Positions 54,739-64,000 of a DNA stretch of 64,000 nucleotides are shown here, in pieces (within the stretch, counting starts at the first letter, position 1; every line of letters starts with the position of its first letter). Both the position numbers and the translations under genes were made by a program. Origin of the DNA: an uncultured Verrucomicrobiae bacterium (GTDB taxonomy: Bacteria > Chlamydiota > Chlamydiia > Chlamydiales > Rhabdochlamydiaceae). A model generated the notes under the pieces. It worked only from the letters and a program-made list of their open reading frames with translations. It had not been told where the DNA came from and did no database searches. The stretch is taken from assembly GCA_963806855.1 (NCBI GenBank), contig CAWDYW010000002.1, positions 64,001 through 128,000 on the forward strand, in the 5' to 3' direction.

Positions 54739-55690
54739 TTACATCATCTGCTCTAAGATCTTTTCCAACTTCATCAGGTCGTGGGCGAAGTTGCGGATCC
54801 CTTCCATCAGCTTCTCAACCGCCATCGCGTTGTCGCAGAGCATCCAATGGAATGACTTTTGGTCGATTTTTAGAGGGGGAATCTCCATCCCTTTGGCCTT
54901 GGCGGCGTCGAGTTTGTGAGGGACAGCACCTGTAGCGCTCTCCAATTCTTTGAGGAGGGGAGGGGCGATGGTCAGGAGGTCGCAGCCGGCAAGCTCGAGG
55001 ATTTCACCGCTGTTGCGGAAGGAAGCGCCCATCACTTGGGTCTTGATCCCATGTTTTTTGTAGTAATTATAAATCTCGGTGACGGAGAGGACTCCGGGGT
55101 CGTCTACCGGAGCAAAATCTTTCCCTTCTGCCTTTTTGAACCAGTCTAAGATCCGGCCGACAAAGGGGGAGATGAGGGTGGCGCCGGCATCGGCACAGGC
55201 GATCGCTTGCGGCATGGAGAACATCAGGGTCATGTTGCAGTGGATTCCCTCTTTTTCGAGTACTTTTGCTGCTTGGGCCCCTTCCCAGGTGGAGGCGAGC
55301 TTGATCAAGACCCGTTTCCGATCGATGCCGGCGGCTGCATAGAGGGCGATCAGGTCGGTGGGCTTTTTTGATGCTCCCTTCTATATCGAAGGAGAGGCGG
55401 GCATCGACTTCGGTGGAAACGCGGCCGGGGACGATTTTCAAAATTTCGACGCCGAAATTGACGAAGAGTTTATCGACGGTCAGGGTCATCCGCTCAGGCT
55501 TAGTTTTTCCTTTCTTGCCAAAAGTGATCGCATCTTGGATGAGGAACTGATATTCCGGCAGGCCTGCCGCTTTGAAAATGAGCGATGGGTTGGTGGTTGC
55601 ATCGGTCGGCTTAAATTTTTTGATCTCTTCGATCTCTCCAGTGTCGGCGACAATCGTGGTCCACTTCTTTAACTCATCTAATTTGCTCAT
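54739..55690 (-). CDS. tal: Transaldolase (one apparent frameshift near 55360)
   Basis: [56 protein letters not shown]. Confidence 0.95.
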
Positions 55691-55709
55691 TTTAACTCCT
55701 TTTCACTGA

Positions 55710-56156
55710 TTATAAAAGTTTTAAATTTAGAAGGGAAGAATTTCGAGAAGTCTGAAGACTTTTGAGCTGCTTATCGAAATGATCGGCCTTAATGATCTCC
55801 CGATGGCCATTGAGGGTGATCGTGACCGTTTTGCCCTCTTTGAGCTGCGCAATGAGGTGATCTTGCAATTCGGATGGGAGCTGAACCCGCTGCTGTCCTT
55901 GATGGAAGGGTGCGAAACAGGTCGCTGAATTGATCTGGATTTTGGCTTCTGCGATAAGGGGATTATGGACTTGTAGATAGGCGATAAGGCCATTTTTTGT
56001 TTGGAGGAATTCGAGATCGATGCCCAGAACGTGATCCTGAGATTGATAGAGAAGGCGGCTGCAGTGGGAGCTTTTTTCGCAGATGTGCTGGCAATTCCAT
56101 TGGCTGGTCTTCTGGCAAGAAAGCAGCAAAAGGAGAAGGCTAATGACTCTTTTCAT
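55710..56156 (-). CDS. Hypothetical lipoprotein
   Basis: MKRVISLLLLLLSC lipobox-like N-terminus; ATGA-type coupling. Confidence 0.7.
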   Translation of the reverse strand: MKRVISLLLLLLSCQKTSQWNCQHICEKSSHCSRLLYQSQDHVLGIDLEFLQTKNGLIAYLQVHNPLIAEAKIQINSATCFAPFHQGQQRVQLPSELQDHLIAQLKEGKTVTITLNGHREIIKADHFDKQLKSLQTSRNSSLLNLKLL

Positions 56157-56412
56157 GTTTATGGTTCACGCCGACGAGAACTAAGGTCAGAACTCCAAGC
56201 GCTGTAGTCCCGAAGGCAATCGCCCAATTTTTTTGCTTGGCGCGCCGAATCGACTTGAGGTAGTCATCGCTCTCCCTGCCAACAAATTTCCCTTTATTGA
56301 AACAATCGTCAGTTTCATCGTAGTAGACTTTTGGTTCGCAATTCTCCTGAGCACCCGCTACATGGGAGAAAACTAGGCCGAGGACAGTAATAGACGCAAT
56401 AATTTTTTTCAT
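56140..56412 (-). CDS. Small exported/membrane hypothetical protein
   Basis: Signal peptide MKKIIASITVLGLVFSHVAGA; C-terminal TM; start at 56412. Confidence 0.65.
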   Translation of the reverse strand: MKKIIASITVLGLVFSHVAGAQENCEPKVYYDETDDCFNKGKFVGRESDDYLKSIRRAKQKNWAIAFGTTALGVLTLVLVGVNHKHEKSH

Positions 56413-56996
56413 AAACCCAACATTAGTAATTGCCAGACGATCCCGAGTTTCGATTGCTCTAAGACCATCTGCTTGAAAGATGTGGATTCTACCCCCTCGC
56501 TCTTTTTTTGCCAAGCTTCTCGTAACCCCTTCTCATTGTCGACGAGGGTAAATAGATCGTCGCATAGGGTCATGGAACGGAGCGATTGCTCGATTAGCGC
56601 TGTGTGCTTGCCAAAATCTTTCTTTAGGGCACCGGCGGTCAGAATGTAGGCCTCCCCATTGCGGATCAAGATTACCTGCAACAGACGGGCTGGCCCAAAT
56701 TTTGTCGCCGTTTCGATTTCCACTAGTTCGGCCGGTCCACTTTTCGTCTCAATTTTCCCCAGATGACGCCATTTTTGCTTATTGGAGGTGCAGTTTTTTT
56801 GGACGATCGCCAAATACTGCTCGGTCGAGAGGTTGACTCGCTCATGGGTGAGGTTGATCGAGGGGCAAAAGCCTGATTTATGCTTATCGACGAATCCGAC
56901 AATTGCCCGGTGGGAAGGCATCTTTGGATCGGAGATCTCCCAATTGGGCGGGGGGGTGAAGAGGCAATGAGATAAAATGAGGCCAAGTGTCAACAT
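56409..56996 (-). CDS. Conserved chlamydial hypothetical protein (DcrB/PsbP-like, CT311-like position)
   Basis: FTPPPNW, PSINLTHE, AYILTAGA; upstream of and divergent from the V-ATPase operon. Confidence 0.65.
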   Translation of the reverse strand: MLTLGLILSHCLFTPPPNWEISDPKMPSHRAIVGFVDKHKSGFCPSINLTHERVNLSTEQYLAIVQKNCTSNKQKWRHLGKIETKSGPAELVEIETATKFGPARLLQVILIRNGEAYILTAGALKKDFGKHTALIEQSLRSMTLCDDLFTLVDNEKGLREAWQKKSEGVESTSFKQMVLEQSKLGIVWQLLMLGL

Positions 56997-56998
56997 GG

Positions 56999-57253
56999 CT
57001 AATCGCTGTCAGAATGTGAATTGTGAATTAGGCCGGTGATCAGGGCGATCGCGGCGGCGAGGCCAATCCCCCAGCCGATCATCGAAGCGCTGACCGCATT
57101 GAAAATCCCATCTTGACATCCGTTGACAGGGCCAGTGTTGTAGAGGGCGTTTTGCTCGTCCACGGCGGCGTCGAGCCATTCCCCGTTATCAGCTCGTAAT
57201 GCTGTCGAGGTGATTAACAGGAGGGGGAGGATCATGCGGATCATTCTTTTCAT
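56999..57253 (-). CDS. Small membrane hypothetical protein
   Basis: Signal peptide plus C-terminal TM SMIGWGIGLAAAIALITGLI. Confidence 0.65.
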   Translation of the reverse strand: MKRMIRMILPLLLITSTALRADNGEWLDAAVDEQNALYNTGPVNGCQDGIFNAVSASMIGWGIGLAAAIALITGLIHNSHSDSD

Positions 57254-57419
57254 ACCTTACATATGACATAACTATTAATTTTCTGGAAGTGAAAATTAAT
57301 TGTGTTCTAAATACTTAAATTTAAATTAATAAAAGTTCGGGCAGGGGCAGGGGCACGAAATTTCGGGGTTGAAATATATCTTGTACTGAGCGATAAATAA
57401 TCCCAAAAAGGATAGATGC

Positions 57420-58049
57420 ATGGATACAATTGAGACGGGTAAGGACAAAGTCAAGAAGATCTGCGAGGTTTTGCGTAAGGAGACCATCGAGCCGGCCATC
57501 GCTGAGGCGAGGAATATTCTGGAAACTGCTCAGGATAATGCCGACCTGATCATCGAAGAGGCTCGCGCGAAGGCAGCGAAGATGATCGCCGAGGCCGAAA
57601 AGGATATCGACAAAAAGTATGCGGTCTTCAAAACAGCGCTCAATCAGGGTGCTCGCCAATCGATCGAATGGCTAAGGCAAGAGATTCAAGAGCGGCTCCT
57701 CCATCATAATCTCGGGGAGATGATTGCCAAAGCGAGCAGCAACCCGAAGGTTCTCAGCGACATGATCAAAACGGTCATTAAGGCGATCGAAGAGGAAGGG
57801 CTGGATACCGAGCTCAGCGCAGTGATCCCCGGAGCCGTCGATCCTCAAGAAGTGAATGTGCTGCTCGGAAAAGATCTACTCGAAAGACTGAAAGAGAAGA
57901 GTGTTTTACTTGGATCCAAAAAGGGAGGGGTCGAAGTGAAGCTTCATAAAGAACATATCACCATCGATCTCTCGGATACCGCTCTGCTGGAATTGATGAC
58001 CCAGTATGTGCGTAAAGAGTTTCATCAATACTTTTTTGCTTCCGAATAA
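57420..58049 (+). CDS. atpE: V-type ATP synthase subunit E
   Basis: KVKKICEVLRKETIEPA..EA..I...A; first gene of the chlamydial V-ATPase operon. Confidence 0.9.
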   Translation: MDTIETGKDKVKKICEVLRKETIEPAIAEARNILETAQDNADLIIEEARAKAAKMIAEAEKDIDKKYAVFKTALNQGARQSIEWLRQEIQERLLHHNLGEMIAKASSNPKVLSDMIKTVIKAIEEEGLDTELSAVIPGAVDPQEVNVLLGKDLLERLKEKSVLLGSKKGGVEVKLHKEHITIDLSDTALLELMTQYVRKEFHQYFFASE

Positions 58050-58059
58050 TATTTAAGGC

Positions 58060-58833
58060 ATGAAAAACTACTATTTTGTCGCTCCTTCTCTGCCCCCGCT
58101 TGTGCTCGGACAAGCGCCGGAGATCTCTTTTGAAGAGCTGATCCATCGCTTGGAGCTCAACTTGAGCCAAGAGGACCTAAGGCAAGTGAAAGTGCTTAGG
58201 CTGGCGATCGATCTCTACAACATCCGAGCCCATTATTCGAATCAACCGCTCGATCCGCGCGGGAATTTAAATGAAAAAGAGCTCGACGATGCCCTTCTTG
58301 CCGAAGCCGACCTGCCCCCCTATGTGTTCGAATTCTTGAACCAATTTGAGGATGTCCAGGAGAAGGTGCGCCACTTTTTTGGACTCCTCTCTCGCTACTA
58401 TACCGAAGAGGGGCGCAAAGCAAAGGGGTTTTTGAAGCAACTGCTAGGGTTTCAAAGAGATGTGCGGCTGGTACTCGCTGCCATTAGAGCTAAGAAGTTG
58501 AAGCGAGATGTGCTCAAAGAATTTCAGTTTGAAGATTTCACCGACCCTCTCGTCGCTCATATTTTGGCACAGCGAGACATGGACACCTACGAGCCTCCAT
58601 TGGAATATCAAGATTTGAAAAACAAGATACAGGCTGCCGGAGATGATCCTTTGGAGCAATACAAGGCAGTCATTGGTTATGAGTTGGATAGAATAGAAGA
58701 GATGACCGGTTACCCCCTCTTCTCACTGGCTTGGATTTTGGGCTATGTGGCGAAGCTGCTGCTGGTCGAGCGGTATCATATGCTCGATAGTGGAAGGGGT
58801 AAGGAGATCATCGAGAAGTATAAAACGGGATAA
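58060..58833 (+). CDS. DUF2764-family V-ATPase-associated protein (subunit C-like)
   Basis: YYFVAPSLPPL N-terminus; position between subunits E and A. Confidence 0.8.
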   Translation: MKNYYFVAPSLPPLVLGQAPEISFEELIHRLELNLSQEDLRQVKVLRLAIDLYNIRAHYSNQPLDPRGNLNEKELDDALLAEADLPPYVFEFLNQFEDVQEKVRHFFGLLSRYYTEEGRKAKGFLKQLLGFQRDVRLVLAAIRAKKLKRDVLKEFQFEDFTDPLVAHILAQRDMDTYEPPLEYQDLKNKIQAAGDDPLEQYKAVIGYELDRIEEMTGYPLFSLAWILGYVAKLLLVERYHMLDSGRGKEIIEKYKTG

Positions 58834-58836
58834 AAG

Positions 58837-60605
58837 ATGACAAAACACCATGCAACAGGAAAAGTGGTTCGCGCTTTTGGCAATTTGCTCCACGTCGCTT
58901 TTGAGGGGAATATCCGTCAGGGTGAGGTCGCCATGGTCGAACTGGGCAATGCCAGCTTAAAAGCAGAAGTGATCGAAATCGTCGGCAATGAAGCAAAATT
59001 GCAGGTTTACGAAGACACTAGGGGCGTCAAATTGGGCACCCATGTCGAATTTTCCACTTTACTGCTCGAAGCCGAGCTTGGCCCCGGACTCCTTAGCTCG
59101 ATTTTCGATGGACTGCAAAACCCGCTTGAAAATGTGGCCAAAGCAACCGGTCTCTTTTTGACACGGGGCACCTACTTGCCCGCGCTCGACTATATCCGCC
59201 ATTGGGATTACAACCCGATCGTCAAGGTTGACGATGTCCTCTCACGAGGCGAATACCTGGGCTATACGATGGAGGGCCGCTTCCACCACTACATCATGGT
59301 TCCATTCGTGCTGACGGGTAAATTCAGGATCACTTGGGTGATCAAACCGGGCTCCTATACGATCGATACTGTTGTCGCCAAAGCGGTCGATGAGCAAGGG
59401 GCAGAGCATGAGTTTACCATGGTCCAAAAATGGCCGGTCAAGATCTGCGCTGTCTGCTGGGACGAAAGTGCCATTAAAGCAGATGATGGACACCGGCTTC
59501 CGCATTATCGATACCCAATTTCCGGTGATGAAAGGGGGCACATTTTGCGCTCCAGGACCATTTGGAGCCGGAAAAACGGTCCTGCAGCATCACCTTTCCA
59601 AATATTCTTCGGTCGACATCGTGATCGTCGTCGCTTGCGGTGAGCGAGCCGGCGAGGTGGTCGAGGTGCTCCGCACATTCCCTCACTTGACCGATCCCCA
59701 TACCCATGAACCGTTGATGAGCCGTACGGTCATCATCTGCAATACCTCCTCGATGCCGGTCTCTGCGCGGGAAGCGTCGATCTACATGGGAGCGACGATT
59801 GCCGAATACTACCGGCAGATGGGGCTCGATGTTCTCCTTCTGGCCGACTCGACTTCTCGCTGGGCCCAAGCAATGCGCGAAATGTCGGGCCGTCTCGAAG
59901 AGATTCCGGGCGAAGAGGCCTTCCCCGCCTATCTTGCCTCCCGTATTGCCGCCTTTTACGAGCGGGCGGGGTTGCTCGAGCTTCCCAGTGGAAAGACCGG
60001 CTCGCTGACAATTGGCGGCACGGTATCGCCCGCTGGAGGAAACTTCGAAGAACCGGTGACTCAAGCGACACTCTCTGTAGTCGGCGCCTTCTTGGGGCTG
60101 TCCCGCGCTCGTTCTGATGCGCGCCGCTATCCTGCGATCGATCCGCTCATCTCTTGGAGCAAATATGTTTCGAATGTCGGTGATCAGCTCGACGAGAAAG
60201 TGAAAGGATGGGGCGAAATGGTCCATAGGAGCAGCCAAGATACTCCGCAACGGAGACGATATCGGCAAACGGATGGAGGTCGTCGGGGAAGAGGGGATAT
60301 CGCTCACCGATATCGTCACCTACCTGAAATCCGAGCTCTATGAATTCAGCTATCTGCAGCAAAATGCTTTTGACAAAGAAGATGCTTATTGCCCGCTCGA
60401 GCGGCAAATCCCGCTCTTTAAGATCATCGGCAACATTTTCGAAGCGATTTTACACTTCGAAGATCACGACAGCGCGCAGATCCTTTTTCCTGGAGCTGCA
60501 GAACGAAATTAAAAACATGAACTTCATGCCCTTTAAATAGTGAGCACTACCATCGGGCCTATGCAAGAATCGAGAACAAAGTTGAAAAACAGGCGGCTGC
60601 AATAA
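58837..60605 (+). CDS. atpA: V-type ATP synthase subunit A (apparent frameshifts)
   Basis: ELGPGLL..IFDGLQ, GPFGAGKT, ACGERAGE, DSTSRWAQAMREMSGRLEEIPGEEAFPAYL. Confidence 0.95.
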
Positions 60606-60606
60606 G

Positions 60607-61915
60607 ATGAAAAAAATCTACGATAGAATTGTTGACATGCGCGGAAACCTCATCACCGTCATTGCAAGAGGGTGAGCCTAGGGGAGATCGCCCGCATCCA
60701 AAAACGAAATGGCGACACCACCTATGCTTCTGTCTTGAGCATCGAAGGAGAACTAGTCACATTGCAGTGCTTTGAAAATACCCGCGGTATTTCCACCAAC
60801 GATCAAGTGATCTTCTTAGGGAAGCAGATGCAGGTGGCCTGCTCGCGAGGCGATGCTCGGAAGAAGCTTAAATGGAGCAGGGGACCCTATCGACAATGGC
60901 CCGATGATTCAGGGCGAAAAGATCGAAATCGGGATCTCCGTCTTTCAATCCTGTGCGCCGCATCATTCCGCAAGAGATCGGTCCGCACCAACATTCCGAT
61001 GATCGATGTCTTCAACTGCCTTGTCAAATCGCAGAAAATCCCCATCTTTTCGATTGCTGGCGAACCCTATAACTGCCTTCTTGATGCGGATTGCCAACCA
61101 GACCGACGCGGATGTCGTCATCATTGGCGGCATGGGCCTGCGCTTCGACGACTACCAAGCCTTCATCGACAACGCTGAAAGCGCCGGCTCGCTTGAAAAA
61201 ACGGTCATGTTCATTCATCAGGCGACAGATCCTGCCGTCGAATGCATGCTCGTGCCCGATATGGCGCTTGCCTGCGCTGAGAAATTTGCAATGCAAGAGA
61301 AAAATGTCCTCGTCTTGCTGACCGACATGACCGCCTTTGCCGATGCGATCAAAGAGATCATGATCACGATGGACCAGGTGCCTTCGAACCGCGGCTATCC
61401 AGGGTCGCTCTATTCCGATTTGGCTGCTCGCTATGAAAAAGCGGTCGATATCGATGGCAGCGGCTCGATCACGATCATTTCTGTGACCACGATGCCTGGG
61501 GGCGATGTGACGCATCCGATTCCCGACAACACCGGCTACATCACCGAAGGACAATTTTATCTGCATGGCGGCAGGATCGATCCATTCGGCTCGCTCTCTC
61601 GTCTCAAGCAGCAGGTGATTGGAAAAGTGACGCGCGAAGACCATGGCGATATGGCCAATGCCCAGATCCGTCTCTATGCCGATTCGAAGAAAGCGCGTGA
61701 GCGGCAGAGCATGGGCTTTAAACTCTCCCGTTGGGATGAAAAATTGCTCAACTTCTCGATTCTATTTGAAGAGCGGATGATGAATCTCGAAGTGAACTAC
61801 ACTTTGGAAGAGGCGCTCGATCTTGGTTGGAAGACTTTGGCTGAGTGTTTTGAGCAGCATGAAGTGGGGATTAAAGATTCCCTGATTAGAAAAATATTGG
61901 CCTACGGATGTCTGA
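60607..61915 (+). CDS. atpB: V-type ATP synthase subunit B (apparent frameshifts)
   Basis: [48 protein letters not shown]. Confidence 0.95.
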
Positions 61916-62519
61916 AATCAAGTATACGAAGACAGAACTGCGCGCCCAACAGATCAGGTTGACCCAACTTGAAAAGTATCTGCCAACCCTGCAGCTGAAA
62001 AAAGCGATGTTGCAGCTCGAGATCAACCAAGTGCTGGGTGAATTGGAGAAGTTAGAGATCGAAAAGAAGACCTTCGAAAACAAGATGTACGGCTATCAGC
62101 AATTGCTCACCGACACCGATGCCGAGAGCCTCTTCCAATCTCTCGAAGTCGTATCGGTGAACAAACGGTTTGAAAATATCGCCGGCGTCGAAATCCCTAT
62201 CTTTGAGGGGATCGTCTTCACAGAGCCCACCTACTTCCTCTTCGATACCCCCTACTGGCTAGAAAGTGGCATCCGCGGCGGGCAAAATCTAATAGAAACG
62301 CGGGAAAAAATCTTGATTCTCCACGAACGGAAAAGATTGCTCGAGAAAGAACTGCGAGAGGTATCGATCCGAGTCAACCTGTTTGAAAAAATCATGATTC
62401 CCCGAACCAAAGACAATATCAAAAAAGTGAAAATCTTCCTTGGCGACATGCAACTTGCCGCTGTTGCCCAGACAAAAGTTGCGAAGCGGAAAATCCTCGA
62501 GCGGAAGGGCCAGCAATGA
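61908..62519 (+). CDS. atpD: V-type ATP synthase subunit D
   Basis: [32 protein letters not shown]. Confidence 0.95.
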   Translation: MSEIKYTKTELRAQQIRLTQLEKYLPTLQLKKAMLQLEINQVLGELEKLEIEKKTFENKMYGYQQLLTDTDAESLFQSLEVVSVNKRFENIAGVEIPIFEGIVFTEPTYFLFDTPYWLESGIRGGQNLIETREKILILHERKRLLEKELREVSIRVNLFEKIMIPRTKDNIKKVKIFLGDMQLAAVAQTKVAKRKILERKGQQ

Positions 62520-64000
62520 TCATTGATCTGAAAAAATACCTCTTTGTCGGAGCTAAAGAAGATCTGGCTGAATTTTTCATTCGAGCTCAAGAAACGGGCT
62601 TTATTGAGTTCATCACCACCCAAAAATCGAAAGAGCTCCCCGAATCGATCAAGAAATTTATCGATGCGATCAAGATCTTGCGCAAGCAGCCGGTGAAAGA
62701 GCCCTACCGAGGTGGGGGAACTTTCGCTTTCGCCGAGGAAGTGACGACCCAAGTGCTCGATTTGACCCACGAGGTAGAAAAACTCAGTGAAGAGAAACGG
62801 TTTTTGGAAGCCGAAATCACCCGGATCGCCCCGTTTGGTCAGTTCTCCTTTGAAGATATCAACTTCATTCAAGAGACCACCGGCAAAAAAATCCAATTCT
62901 ACTGCGTCAAATCCTCATCTAAAAACGAAGTCGCGCCTGCCCTGATCTATATCGGCACCGATTACGACCTCGATTACTTCATCGGCATCCACGACAGGCC
63001 CCAAAGCTATCCGAACATGATCGAGATGCACTTCGACCGAACCGCTGAAGAGCTGAAAAATCACCTCGCTTTTGTCGATGAGACCCTCCACCAGATCGAG
63101 GCCGAACTCAAAGGCTATGCTGGATATATCGATTTCCTCAAGGATGGACTCCTGGCCCGGCTCGACCTCTACTATCTGGCCAAAGCCGAAGCAGGGGTCG
63201 AATATCCGATGCAAGGAACAATCTTCTCTATCGAAGGATGGGTCCCTCAAAACAAAACCGAAAAACTGCTCCCCCTCATCGAAGGCAAAGCGATCTTCTT
63301 CGAGCAGATCGCCATTGAAGCAGACGACAAAGTTCCCACCTGTATGGAGAACAAAGGCGCCAATCGGATCGGGGAGGATATAGTCAAAATCTACGATATT
63401 CCCTCCGCAAACGATAAAGATCCTTCCGGCTGGGTGATCTGCGCTTTTGCCCTCTTCTTTGCCATGATCATGGCCGACGGCGGATATGGGATGATTTTCC
63501 TTGCCTTAGCGATCTTTTTGAAATTCAAATTTCCCACCCTCAAAGGATCAAAAAAAAGGTTCCTCAAACTCCTCTTCATCCTAGCGACAACCTGCATCAT
63601 CTGGGGAGTATTCACCACCTCCTATTTCGGCCTCCAGTTTGGGCCGAACAGTCCGCTGACCAAATTTTCTGTCCTCCACTACATGGCAGCCAAAAAAGCG
63701 GAGTACCATCGTGAGCACGACGACGCCACCTACAAAACCTGGGTGAAAGAGTTTCCCCAGATTGCCAAAGCGCAGAGTGGAAAAGAGATCCTCACCTTGG
63801 CCTCAGTTGAGAAAGAGGGTAAAATCAAATATCCGATTTCAGAGGATTTTAACGATAGCATCCTATTTGAATTTTCGATCCTCGTCGGCGTCATCCACAT
63901 CAGCTTCTCCCTTCTGCGCTATGCTAGCCGCAATTGGGCCAATTTCGGATGGATCGCAGCAGCTATCGGCGGCTACCTCTATCTACCCGCCACCCTAAAG
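62516..64000 (+). CDS. atpI: V-type ATP synthase subunit I, partial (runs off the right edge)
   Basis: ATG at 62516 ([12 protein letters not shown]), IEGWVP, VPTCMEN, YDIPSANDKDPS, FFAMIMADGGYG. Confidence 0.92.
   Translation, partial: MIIDLKKYLFVGAKEDLAEFFIRAQETGFIEFITTQKSKELPESIKKFIDAIKILRKQPVKEPYRGGGTFAFAEEVTTQVLDLTHEVEKLSEEKRFLEAEITRIAPFGQFSFEDINFIQETTGKKIQFYCVKSSSKNEVAPALIYIGTDYDLDYFIGIHDRPQSYPNMIEMHFDRTAEELKNHLAFVDETLHQIEAELKGYAGYIDFLKDGLLARLDLYYLAKAEAGVEYPMQGTIFSIEGWVPQNKTEKLLPLIEGKAIFFEQIAIEADDKVPTCMENKGANRIGEDIVKIYDIPSANDKDPSGWVICAFALFFAMIMADGGYGMIFLALAIFLKFKFPTLKGSKKRFLKLLFILATTCIIWGVFTTSYFGLQFGPNSPLTKFSVLHYMAAKKAEYHREHDDATYKTWVKEFPQIAKAQSGKEILTLASVEKEGKIKYPISEDFNDSILFEFSILVGVIHISFSLLRYASRNWANFGWIAAAIGGYLYLPATLK

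Overview
A 64-kb window from an environmental (non-Chlamydiaceae) member of Chlamydiota. The assignment rests on conserved chlamydial gene order: DUF1207, LOG-like, MYG1, HIT, HEAT; sufE, infA, tRNA-Thr, tuf, tRNA-Trp, secE, nusG, rplKAJL, rpoBC; tal; and the V-type ATPase operon. The left third is accessory DNA. It has (i) an AT-rich block with a tightly coupled operon of an atypical Hsp70, an HPD-less J-like membrane protein and an AAA+ ATPase, and (ii) a 13.26-kb integrative element (8007-21264) inserted in a tRNA(CAT) gene and bounded by exact 46-bp att repeats. The element has a phage-satellite-like backbone: tyrosine integrase, YhcG/DUF1016, a protein with an apparently dead recombinase fold, excisionase/AlpA-like, CHC2 zinc finger and Toprim-DUF3987. 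Its cargo, on the opposite strand, is a NotI-family endonuclease, a D12 adenine methyltransferase, a HerA ATPase and a NurA-like nuclease; this is the best candidate for an undescribed defence system. The core region is interspersed with candidate host-interaction genes: a five-paralogue Inc-like array with an unlisted 57-aa ORF, J-domain, LRR and U-box proteins, and a protein with a possibly giant-virus-like C-terminal domain. Several palindromic repeat elements are also present. Essential genes between about 35 and 62 kb contain many single-base indels, which I treat as sequencing or assembly errors. Family assignments come from motif recognition by eye; no searches were run.
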